Notes under the pieces: generated by a model
Told to the model about the DNA's origin: nothing
The model's database searches: none
Seen by the model: only the letters and a program-made list of their open reading frames with translations
IMG/VR virus record: IMGVR_UViG_3300030117_003378
Span: 1 to 64,000 of that record
DNA: 64,000 nt
Reading direction: 5' to 3' (one strand)
DNA from: a virus
Part shown: piece by piece, positions 27,922 through 36,834 of the stretch
Layout of the letters: every line of letters begins with the position of its first letter
Numbering within the stretch: the stretch's first letter is position 1
Program-made: the position numbers and the translations under genes

Positions 27922-29048
27922 TATTCATCCCTTGCCTTCATTTCTACATCAAGCCATTTGTCTTCCTTAATCATTTGCCCTTCTTCGTTAATCAAGTAAG
28001 CATAAATATCGTATGACCCATTTTCAAAATTACTTAGGAACACAGTTCGACTGTCCCAATCTTGGTAGGTTGTGTTGTAAGTATCAGTGGTGTAGTTGTA
28101 AGGTGCTTCTCCGTGACCGCTACCGTTGACGTATGCTAGGAATTGGATTGTGACTTCCTGTTCCTCGTCACACGAAATATCCACGTCATAAGTAAATTGT
28201 AATCCTGTTGTATTGTTATCGGTATAGCCCACATAGTAGTCGTAGTATTCCGGTTCACAATCCGGTTCAGGTTCAGGTTCAGGCTCGGGTTCAGGTTCGT
28301 CGTTCTGTAAGATAATAGCGGGGAATGTTTCATCATCCATCAGTTCTCCTTCGGGGTAGTACGCACGGATTCGCACAACCCATTCACCATCTTCTAAGTC
28401 ACTCCAATACTCTTCAACGTGTCCTGTATCACCGGGGTACTCTTCGGTATGTCGGTCGTATTCAGGTCTTTGTTCACCATCATGTTGTACTGCCCACCAT
28501 AATCCGATGTCGTCTTCAAAGTGACCTTCAACGACTAGATACATCTCCATCTTCATATCACCATCAGGCGTAAGGGATGACTCTATCTGTGTAATATCTA
28601 CGCTCGGTTCAACGTGGTGCGGATAGTCACAAGACCCATCATCCACCTCTGCCGTTTCATCGTAGTTTAGTGCGTTGTAATCTGTGCATCCCAAACGAGG
28701 TATATGTGGATAGTGGGGGTCATTATTATCTTGCCAAAACCATTCGTCGTCGTCACCATCACCTGCGGGTGTAACGTCGATAACACCACCGAGTTCCAAA
28801 CCGCTACCTGCAATAAGAACAAGGATTGGGATAATAGCAGTCAGGAGTTTCTGTAACTTCTGTGCGGTTTCTGTGGCCCGTTCGATAACGTCTTGAGTTT
28901 CACCGTTGGACTCAATAAGTCGTTCCGTGGAGCCAAGAAGGTGACTGTTGTTTAGCAGACCATCGTCCGCAAGGTCTTTGGCGATGTCTTCGTGACTACG
29001 ACCGGACGCCAAAGCACGTTTGATTGCTTCCTCATTACCATCACTCAT
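27921..29048 (-). CDS. acidic membrane-anchored surface-type protein
   Basis: One TM, GCTDYNALNYDETAEVDDGSC motif, EPEPEPEP linker, beta-rich acidic domains. Confidence 0.6.
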   Translation of the reverse strand: MSDGNEEAIKRALASGRSHEDIAKDLADDGLLNNSHLLGSTERLIESNGETQDVIERATETAQKLQKLLTAIIPILVLIAGSGLELGGVIDVTPAGDGDDDEWFWQDNNDPHYPHIPRLGCTDYNALNYDETAEVDDGSCDYPHHVEPSVDITQIESSLTPDGDMKMEMYLVVEGHFEDDIGLWWAVQHDGEQRPEYDRHTEEYPGDTGHVEEYWSDLEDGEWVVRIRAYYPEGELMDDETFPAIILQNDEPEPEPEPEPEPDCEPEYYDYYVGYTDNNTTGLQFTYDVDISCDEEQEVTIQFLAYVNGSGHGEAPYNYTTDTYNTTYQDWDSRTVFLSNFENGSYDIYAYLINEEGQMIKEDKWLDVEMKARDE

Positions 29049-30423
29049 TGCCACCACCCGAACTGTTATTCTCATTCTCATTCTTAGGCTTATCGGTTAC
29101 ATTATCCTCTTGTTCGTTCTGTCGAGGCATTTGTCCTTGGTCGGCATTTCCTTCAGACTTTCTTTCCTCTCCTTCTTTTCCGATAGACGGCATATCAAGA
29201 ATGTCAAGTGCTTGGTTTAGCGTAATAACACCAGAGTCGTAACCCATAGTAGCGCGACGCATCTTGTCGAATCGAGATTCATCTTCAATTGGGTGGAACA
29301 TAAGCCGTGGAATTTGTCGTGGCTCAACGCTAATTCCTTGTAAAGCAAGGTGTCGCATAAACAATTCTTGTATTCCTTGTTCTACTACGCCTTGCAGTCT
29401 TTTCATTGCTGATACTGACCACATATTTGCGTTGAAGGTTGCGGCAAACGTAGAACCGCGTTCCTGACCTGCCGCTACACGCGGGACGTTAAGAACCGCC
29501 GCAATATCGGCGTTCACACTGTCAAGGAACCCTGAGTTGTCAGGAATTGTATTCTTGAGGTCAACGTGGTGCATTTCAACATAGTGTGGAAGAATTGGGA
29601 TTTGGTCACCGCGTAGCCCACCGAGTAGCGAAGCGACTTCGTCCATAATGTACACAAGTCGGTCACGTTGTTCGTTAGGGTCTGTAATGTGTTCTACCGC
29701 ATCTGAACCAATCGTGATAAACTGCTTTGTCAAACTGTCTTCAAGCGCGGTTCTGTTGTTGATACTGTTGTACTTTGCGCGGATTGGTTGCTTTAGACTG
29801 CTGAATCGAGATGCGCCCCAAATACCGTAAGTCCACCGCAATTTCTTGTCCTTGTACCAATTGGAACGGTAGTCAATCTTAACGTGAAGGATTTCGTTTG
29901 CAGGGAATGTCATTGGGTCGCGTTTTTCTTCCCGCAGGATGTAATAATTTGCTTTCATAACGGGATTGTCTTTATCAGCCGCAAAGGGTGGCTTGCGCTC
30001 GTCAACAATAGTAATTTGTGAGATAGGTAGACTTTGTACCGCCGTGATACCGACACCGGCCTTACCGACTAATTTGTTTATGTCGTTTCCATATACCATC
30101 ATGTTACGCATAGCGTTGATAAGAACGTCGTCAAAGTCAATTGTATCAACGAGGTCACGAATACTGTTTCGGATTCGGGCATTTTTACCGGGGCGGTAGT
30201 CGATTTCCCAATTATTGGCCGTCAAACTCACGGAACGGACTGCACCGTTCAACTCGGGGTCAAATCGAACCATATCGTCGTAAAGGTCAAACACCGTATC
30301 GTAATGTGCGTCCTTTCGCATATCTTCTGTGTCGTCAACGATAGAAGGAATGCCTGTGGCCGCTTGGAAGGCATTTTTTGGTCTGTTTGTAGCAGTCGCA
30401 ACGCGATACTGTTTCTTGCTCAT
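29041..30423 (-). CDS. portal protein
   Basis: 460 aa after terminase; F...EILH.K, YG.WG.S, I.AVLNVP, GVITLN.A..IL motifs. Confidence 0.85.
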   Translation of the reverse strand: MSKKQYRVATATNRPKNAFQAATGIPSIVDDTEDMRKDAHYDTVFDLYDDMVRFDPELNGAVRSVSLTANNWEIDYRPGKNARIRNSIRDLVDTIDFDDVLINAMRNMMVYGNDINKLVGKAGVGITAVQSLPISQITIVDERKPPFAADKDNPVMKANYYILREEKRDPMTFPANEILHVKIDYRSNWYKDKKLRWTYGIWGASRFSSLKQPIRAKYNSINNRTALEDSLTKQFITIGSDAVEHITDPNEQRDRLVYIMDEVASLLGGLRGDQIPILPHYVEMHHVDLKNTIPDNSGFLDSVNADIAAVLNVPRVAAGQERGSTFAATFNANMWSVSAMKRLQGVVEQGIQELFMRHLALQGISVEPRQIPRLMFHPIEDESRFDKMRRATMGYDSGVITLNQALDILDMPSIGKEGEERKSEGNADQGQMPRQNEQEDNVTDKPKNENENNSSGGGNE

Positions 30424-30453
30424 GGTGTTGTGATAAAGCAAGTGGTATTTAAC

Positions 30454-31944
30454 CTATCCGCCGAAAGTAACAAATTTTCCTCGACTTGAAGAAGATTTTT
30501 TCTTTTTTTCGCCTTTTCCCCAATTATTCATCGTTGTTGTGCCGGTTGAAAAAGCCGCAAAGTTATCTTGGAAAGAAAATTGGTCAACGGCGTGAGCCAA
30601 AGCCATCGTTGTATCGTTGTGTCGGCCTATGTCTGTAATTTCACCGGCCTTCCACACATGATTTTCTAATTCTTCAAGCACAATTTCCATTTGCTTACGG
30701 GTATTATCGTCTCCGTACGGAAATTGAATTTTATCTTGCTCAAACCATACGCGCAAACGATTTAACAGGCTTTGTTTCAAACCCTTGTTGCTTACTTTGC
30801 TTGGTTTGAAATCTACTGCGCCATTTTTTTGATTGATTAGTGATTCGTACAGTCTTTGGAAGCCAACCTCTTCACAAGCAAACACAGGCATCTTGAAAGC
30901 ATGATTCCAACGAAGAATTTCGTCAACTTGCTTTGACGGTGGGAAATCATTACGACGCCACATATTTACAACGTGCAAAATACCTTCTTCGTCCTGCCTA
31001 ACAACAATCATTACAGAATAGTCCTGTTTTAAACCGTGTGCGGGGTCAAACCCGATAGCATATTTTCCGGGGTGTCTTTTTTCTGTTTCTAGTACAGATT
31101 CCATCTTTAGGTGCTTACGAATTACACCACGGGGATAAACCTGCGCGTCGTCATCGACTACTTTGCACAGGTACTCTTGGATAAACGCCAAATCACCCAT
31201 AGCCTGTCGTTGTTCCATGATAAATTTTTCAGAACGGTGTTCCGGCCATAAACATTGCAGTTTTACGCCGTCAGGATTCGATTTCCACTCATCCCAATTC
31301 GGAAAGGCCGACCATGTGCCGGATTTCCATGTATCGTTCTTCAACATTTCTGTATGGTAAATATCTGTCTTTGACATCGGGGTTCCGACAACGTAAAAGT
31401 CGGTTCCGGGCGACAACATTGGTGTTACGACCTTTCGCATCCATTGTTGAACGGTGTCCATTGATGTATCGCCTAAATCAACAAGTACGTCGTCAAAAGC
31501 AATGCAAGCAGGGTGTTCACCACGAATAGCGGAGCCAACAGAGGTGGCCTTAATCCACGCGCCGTTTGTAAAGCGCAATTCCATCTTTCCGCCCCGCCTT
31601 TCGTCAATCATTTTCCGCAAATCGGGATGCCTTGTTAAATCGGCACGAATTTCTGCTAATCTGTTGGACGCCGTGTCCTTTGAAGCCGAAAATAACCAAA
31701 CTGTATAAGGTTTGTTGCGCCATTTTCGGAACAGGCAGTTGTGGGCGAGGACAATACGAAGGGTCGTTGACTTTGAGTGGTCACGCGGTGCGATAATACA
31801 CACACGGTGGACTTCAGAGTCACCACGTTCACGGTATAAGTCCATCCATTCGCCTATATGGTTTCCCCATGAGTAACCGAGCCATTCGTAGAAGTGTCTA
31901 ACGTCTTTCCGCGACCTCTGAAAGTGGAACGCGGACATATCCAT
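30454..31944 (-). CDS. terL: terminase large subunit
   Basis: APRDHSKST Walker A, IRGEHP..IAFDD Walker B, VVGTP, GFDPA..DYS, HNDTTMALA nuclease motifs. Confidence 0.95.
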   Translation of the reverse strand: MDMSAFHFQRSRKDVRHFYEWLGYSWGNHIGEWMDLYRERGDSEVHRVCIIAPRDHSKSTTLRIVLAHNCLFRKWRNKPYTVWLFSASKDTASNRLAEIRADLTRHPDLRKMIDERRGGKMELRFTNGAWIKATSVGSAIRGEHPACIAFDDVLVDLGDTSMDTVQQWMRKVVTPMLSPGTDFYVVGTPMSKTDIYHTEMLKNDTWKSGTWSAFPNWDEWKSNPDGVKLQCLWPEHRSEKFIMEQRQAMGDLAFIQEYLCKVVDDDAQVYPRGVIRKHLKMESVLETEKRHPGKYAIGFDPAHGLKQDYSVMIVVRQDEEGILHVVNMWRRNDFPPSKQVDEILRWNHAFKMPVFACEEVGFQRLYESLINQKNGAVDFKPSKVSNKGLKQSLLNRLRVWFEQDKIQFPYGDDNTRKQMEIVLEELENHVWKAGEITDIGRHNDTTMALAHAVDQFSFQDNFAAFSTGTTTMNNWGKGEKKKKSSSSRGKFVTFGG

Positions 31945-31948
31945 AGTA

Positions 31949-32089
31949 TCACCCGTAAATCCAAGGAACAAGTTTCTTTTGACCGCAAAATGGACAAATG
32001 CGAGTAGACGCGGTCTTGATGCCAAGGTATTTTGTTGCCCAACCACAGGATGTGCATTTTACGGCTTGTCTGTCGTGTGGGTCTTCCAT
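31949..32089 (-). CDS. small Zn-ribbon protein (46 aa)
   Basis: Manual translation ...KCTSCGW...ICPFCGQK. Confidence 0.55.
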   Translation of the reverse strand: MEDPHDRQAVKCTSCGWATKYLGIKTASTRICPFCGQKKLVPWIYG

Positions 32090-33297
32090 TACTCATCACC
32101 GTTAAGGATTTTCAACGTTCGGACGCCTTGTCTTAGGTCTGTAAACACCTGAATCTCTCTTGTTTCGGGATTGAGAATAGCCAACGGACAAGTTGGTCGG
32201 TCTGAAGCAAACCCAATCATTTCTGCAAATTTGTCAATGACTTTGTAAGAGCCGGGGCGAATAGCCCAACGCTCAACTCCGTGTCGTGTAAATGGGGCGG
32301 TAATCGGAACGTGGTTGTGACACACGACACCGATGTCGAAATCTGACTCTCCATCTTCCCACATTTTCTTTACTACACGCGCGGGGTCAATTTGTGAATT
32401 ACCGCGACGCTTGTGGCGCACAGCAATATGATATGGTTGCTTTCCAAGGAAAACACGCACGTTTAATTCGTCTGTTTGATATAGCATATCGCGGTCTTCC
32501 ATAATATCGGCTAATGGGTCAATACCGGCATACTTTTTTGTCCATTGGTCGTGGTTACCCGCAACAACGGCTAAAATGTCACCATCGAACATATCAATGT
32601 AATGTTCCATCAACTGCCATTGTTTATCGGGAAGAATAGTGGCTTTTGCGGCGGGGAATGCTTTGTCAGCAGGAAGGAAATTGTCAATAAAGTCCCCACC
32701 CATAATCGCGTAGCAATTTGGTGTTGCGGCGACCATTTCTGCGTCTTCGCGCATACGCTTCATATCACAGAACGTACTTCCGATGTGTTGGTCGGCGGCA
32801 AATGCAATACCGATGTATTTTTTACCGTCGAAGTGAATATCGGCCCATCGCTCATTTTCATGGTTGGAAATAGCACGGGTCGTTCTTAATTCGATTTCGT
32901 TCCACAGGTCTTCGGTGGTAATCTTTGGTCCTTTGAGGTGTGTTACAATAAAATCGTTGTGTGCTTTACGAACCAATTTTCCATTTAGTCTCGCTTGATA
33001 TACACGGTCTTGCCATCCATGAACTGAAATATCGGGTCTTTTGTCGTGGAGAATTCTTGCAAGGTCAGTCCACGACCCCCCTTCCCATTCGTCGGGAATC
33101 AATTCGTTCGGGTCGTCTTTTTCTATTACAGGCATTTCATCAGGAAATTCTGCTTTGAATCGTTGAATTGCCAAACGCCATGAGTTTGGATTCTTTTCAC
33201 CGGTTCTCTCAAAGAGAAGCCGTCCATATTCAGTGTCGTTTCCTGTCCATTCGTGGATGAAGGCCCTGACTACATCGTGTGCGGTCTTTGGTTCCAT
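32089..33297 (-). CDS. calcineurin-like metallophosphoesterase with N-terminal helical repeats
   Basis: ADQHIG, GGDFID, GNHD, CHNH motifs. Confidence 0.85.
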   Translation of the reverse strand: MEPKTAHDVVRAFIHEWTGNDTEYGRLLFERTGEKNPNSWRLAIQRFKAEFPDEMPVIEKDDPNELIPDEWEGGSWTDLARILHDKRPDISVHGWQDRVYQARLNGKLVRKAHNDFIVTHLKGPKITTEDLWNEIELRTTRAISNHENERWADIHFDGKKYIGIAFAADQHIGSTFCDMKRMREDAEMVAATPNCYAIMGGDFIDNFLPADKAFPAAKATILPDKQWQLMEHYIDMFDGDILAVVAGNHDQWTKKYAGIDPLADIMEDRDMLYQTDELNVRVFLGKQPYHIAVRHKRRGNSQIDPARVVKKMWEDGESDFDIGVVCHNHVPITAPFTRHGVERWAIRPGSYKVIDKFAEMIGFASDRPTCPLAILNPETREIQVFTDLRQGVRTLKILNGDE

Positions 33298-33385
33298 TGA
33301 TTAATACGAAAAGCGGTTGCCCTTTAAGTGTTGTGGGGCAAATAGACGGAATTGTTATCACTCGCGCTCACATTTTAACATTCCA

Positions 33386-33655
33386 ATGACTGACACAGTA
33401 GAAGGGACTGATTGGGGTTCGCTTTGGGATGCGGTCACGAAGCCGGACCCTTTCACGGTGTGTTTTGACGATTTTTGCTACGATGTTCCGGGGTGGGGTT
33501 CGCCATACTTGCTTGCTTTGGGCATTTTTGAAATCCTGTGGTGGTTATTCGTTTCTGCGTGGTTAGGGAGAAAACTTAAGAGAGTCTTGTTGCGTCGTAA
33601 GGCTCGGAGGGAACGGCGTGAGCAAACAGACGGATTTGATAATGACCCGTATTGA
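33386..33655 (+). CDS. single-TM protein with basic tail
   Basis: Hydrophobic helix followed by an Arg/Lys cluster. Confidence 0.5.
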   Translation: MTDTVEGTDWGSLWDAVTKPDPFTVCFDDFCYDVPGWGSPYLLALGIFEILWWLFVSAWLGRKLKRVLLRRKARRERREQTDGFDNDPY

Positions 33656-33935
33656 CATTATCAATGACAAGGTCGGAGATGTCCGCGAAGACTTGCGCCG
33701 CCATGAGACACGCCTCGTCCGATTGGAAGATATGAATGCAGACCATGAGGCGGCGACAGAACGAATCTCCTCATTGGTTGAAATGGTGGCATTGGATGTA
33801 CGGGAAATTAAGAACGGCCCTGTCTATTCCCTCGACAAGTTTATCACGAAGCGTGTAGCCCAAATCGTGAGCGCATGGACGGGCGGCGTTGGCATCTTCC
33901 TATTTTTCGTGTTCAAATTTTTTGAAGTAATATAA
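33618..33935 (+). CDS. coiled-coil protein with C-terminal TM (XhlA/holin-like topology)
   Basis: Heptad RL.RLE segment; C-terminal hydrophobic stretch. Confidence 0.5.
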   Translation: MSKQTDLIMTRIDIINDKVGDVREDLRRHETRLVRLEDMNADHEAATERISSLVEMVALDVREIKNGPVYSLDKFITKRVAQIVSAWTGGVGIFLFFVFKFFEVI

Positions 33936-33968
33936 TTTTTTTTTTGAAAAAATTTTATTGTGTATTTT
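33934..33968 (+). terminator. oligo(T) terminator-like tract
   Basis: T10 run immediately after the stop codon, followed by further A/T runs. Confidence 0.55.
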
Positions 33969-34092
33969 GTGCGAAGGTTGCCCCAGTGAATATACAAGAT
34001 GGCCGGATTTATGGCAAAATCGCCGTTTTTGGGCTGGAATCGACGATTTTAGAGGTAGTCAAGTATATATGTAACCACTAACATGGGTCACC

Positions 34093-35034
34093 ATGGTGAC
34101 CCACCTGAGCCGGAATCGGAAGGCGATAGCCTCACGCGTAGCACTGTGTGACATGGTCGGATTTGGTGATATCGCCGAATTGAAGTACGAGGCCACAGAA
34201 TCAACTCAAGGCATGGGCCGGTTCAAAGAGTCCAACGGTGGACACCTAACCAAATTCGGCAAAGAGATGGTTCTAAGCATGGAACAGGCCGGATATGCTG
34301 GCAAGGGTATTAGTCGAGGCGGGTTCATCGTCGATGCCAGCGAAGAGGGATGGCAATACGCCGCCGATGTCCTAGGAGGTAACCCATGGCACCGATTAGA
34401 CGACGGGCAAGTTATCCAATACGGTGACATCAGACAAAGCGACAACCCATTGACTAACAACTACTACCACGTTCTACAAGGCGTATTCGATATGGCAGAG
34501 GGTGACCGTGACCTTGAGCGACTTATCGCCCTCCTTCATACAAAGGTCCGATTCAAGACCACATTTGACGAGGCACAAGGTAACTACGACACAGGCCCAA
34601 GCACCCGAACCCTATGGACAAAGGCACGTTCATGGGTTCAATTCATCCGTAAGAAGGAGAAGCAAGCCGGATTCATGCCCATTCTACTCAAGGACGCCGG
34701 ACATTATGACCGCATCAAGCACCTTATCGTCAAGCCGTCCGATGTTATTCACCTATCCGGCAAGCGTGCCGGAGATGTCAAGCAGTCATGGCTTGACGCA
34801 GTAAAGCGACGCCGTAAGAACGCGGACAGTCGCAACAACAAACGTTCAAACCGTAGCCGTTCCCGCCGCAAGACAGCGGGAGAGAAGGCTAAGCGGTCAG
34901 CCCGGAAGAACCGCCGGGGTGCTACGCGGGAAACCCCCACACAGCGTAGCGAGGCAGGACGCGCCTACGAAAGCGTCAGTGCAAAGCACAGCAGGGACAT
35001 TGCACCTGTGACCCGCAAGGGATTCACTAAGTAA
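34093..35034 (+). CDS. hypothetical protein with very basic C-terminal tail
   Basis: TATATA about 24 nt upstream (leaderless spacing); last ~75 aa are R/K-rich. Confidence 0.7.
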   Translation: MVTHLSRNRKAIASRVALCDMVGFGDIAELKYEATESTQGMGRFKESNGGHLTKFGKEMVLSMEQAGYAGKGISRGGFIVDASEEGWQYAADVLGGNPWHRLDDGQVIQYGDIRQSDNPLTNNYYHVLQGVFDMAEGDRDLERLIALLHTKVRFKTTFDEAQGNYDTGPSTRTLWTKARSWVQFIRKKEKQAGFMPILLKDAGHYDRIKHLIVKPSDVIHLSGKRAGDVKQSWLDAVKRRRKNADSRNNKRSNRSRSRRKTAGEKAKRSARKNRRGATRETPTQRSEAGRAYESVSAKHSRDIAPVTRKGFTK

Positions 35035-35037
35035 TGC

Positions 35038-35625
35038 TGGCTCCGCCTTCGGGCGTCGAGCAATTCCCTGACCCCCTAACAGGGGGTGGCCCTCAAAGGG
35101 CGACCCATTAGGCGGAGCCATGGACGGCGTAGCATACCGTTCCATTGTTCTGAACCGGTGGGTTGCAAAGGTACCTATGTCCCGGCTTGTGACCCCAAGC
35201 CCGACAGAGAGCCACCCCCGAATAGGATTCCAAGAAAGGACAGAATATCAGGGCCGAACACGGGCAACTGTGGTGAGGAAGAAAAAGGGGGTGGCTTGGC
35301 TTAACCTTATCAAGTCTCTCATTTCACCTTGACAGGAAACAGTTGCCGTGCGGCGATATAACCAAAAACTGTTTTCATTGTCTTGGTGGTGAGATAAAAT
35401 ACTGTGTGTTTATACCGTTAGAGTTTGGTTGCTTTCTCTATCCGACAAATACAGCAACAAATACACACAAGGCGCTATCCGTAGTCTGAGTAGTTAACAG
35501 ATTGCGAACAACGTAAGAGAGAGGTTGTGGGGTGACTCCCCTCTCCGCCTATCCGTAAATCAGCCGTAGCCGGTCACAAGCCCGGTTTAGAAATGATGAG
35601 TGCGGAAACCCGACCGAAGAGGGAT
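35038..35625 (+). ncRNA. putative large structured RNA A
   Basis: No convincing ORF; several 10-12 bp complementary pairs, including long-range and crossing ones. Confidence 0.5.
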
Positions 35626-35639
35626 AAGGAGTGAGAAAA

Positions 35640-36212
35640 ATGAATGGAACAGAAGCAGTCGTTCTGCTTTTCTTCATGGGCGTATTTGCCGTAACGGCAA
35701 AAATCGCACACGGAGTTAAGAAGGGCGATATTGTGATGGTGAAGCCAACGCTTTCCGCAATCGCGGAAGGTCTTGGTCTAAAGGTGGAAACGGAATATGA
35801 TGCGCCATATTGGTTGCAGATTGTCCACGCGCATGGGTTTGAAAAAGCCTTACGCGGCGTGGTCAATACGCTGAAACATGGTGGTCAACTTGTTGCAGAA
35901 GTAAACGTGTTTGCTTTGTACAACAAGGGAGTTCGTGAGATGAACGCAATACCGTGGAGAATTGGAAAAGAGTTGGCAAAACTCAACACGCAATTTGAGT
36001 GTGGTTGTACCGAAAAACTAGATGATGGTGTTGCGTCATGCACCGAGATATTGGAGATGGCAATTAAGTCGTTGGTTGAAGAACATTATCGGCACAATGC
36101 TTTAGCGCGGTTAAACAAATTCTATCTTGACCGCCTCGCTTCGGATGCTGAAATCGAAGCGGACAATGCCTCTCGATGGGGAACGCACATACCCGTTAAA
36201 GGTATGGATTGA
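35640..36212 (+). CDS. hypothetical protein with hydrophobic N-terminus
   Basis: GGAGTGA SD; 190 aa. Confidence 0.65.
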   Translation: MNGTEAVVLLFFMGVFAVTAKIAHGVKKGDIVMVKPTLSAIAEGLGLKVETEYDAPYWLQIVHAHGFEKALRGVVNTLKHGGQLVAEVNVFALYNKGVREMNAIPWRIGKELAKLNTQFECGCTEKLDDGVASCTEILEMAIKSLVEEHYRHNALARLNKFYLDRLASDAEIEADNASRWGTHIPVKGMD

Positions 36213-36820
36213 CCGGGCTTAGGCCCCGATTGTGAGTCCGGGGGGGTACATCCCCCTCGGCTCCGACGGGAAAGCCGAAAGGCAGGAGGTGAAAACTGAA
36301 ATGGCACAATTGTTAGTGAGACTTGAGTTCCCAAAAGAAGGATGCGTTTTTGAGGAATACAAAGTAGCATGAACACCACAGAACACGGAGACAGGGTGAG
36401 TCGGTACGTCCGGCCCCTGCTCCAAAGTGTCACTGTGACACTCGGTAAACCACAGTTAGCAAGTTGTAGCGTTAGTAAGCAAACGAGCAAAGGGTTGGAA
36501 TGACAGAGGTGCGCGGAAAGGCATTGCGCCGGACCCCTGCTGTCATAAACAACAAAGAAGCCATGTGATAACGGGACAGTCTGTAAGCATTAAAGAAGCG
36601 ATACCTGCCAAACATGAAGGATTAGACCTCCTATCATTGAGGTACAAAAAATCGCAATACGCAAGCAGATTGACACCCACACGATATGAAGGCGATAGCA
36701 CAAAGCGAACACAATACAACGAACTGACTGACATAACCGCATTAAAGGCATGAGGAGTTCGACGCCAGAGTTACTCATGGCCCACCATTTACCGGTGGGT
36801 ACTCGGATGGCGCAAAATAA
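36213..36820 (+). ncRNA. putative structured RNA/leader B
   Basis: Series of stem-loops, GCC-GAAA-GGC tetraloop, nested helices at 36560-36781. Confidence 0.45.
36301..36372 (+). CDS. 23-aa peptide MAQLLVRLEFPKEGCVFEEYKVA
   Basis: Perfect GGAGGTGA SD 8 nt upstream of the ATG. Confidence 0.45.
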   Translation: MAQLLVRLEFPKEGCVFEEYKVA

Positions 36821-36834
36821 CGGAGGTGACATTT

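Noticed and set aside
4131-33158. Many plus-strand ORFs antisense to the structural genes
   Set aside because: Shadow ORFs of long minus-strand genes, without SD sites or recognisable motifs
35086-35332. 70-72 aa ORFs inside structured segment A
   Set aside because: No SD sites, low-information translations; the dense base-pairing explains the sequence better
35560-35625. Group II intron domain V (AGCCG...CGGTT) or hammerhead core (TGATGAG...GAA)
   Set aside because: The AGCCG-CGGTT span is about 26 nt with no GNRA loop or AC bulge; no CUGAUGA/GAAA core with flanking stems; no RT/maturase nearby
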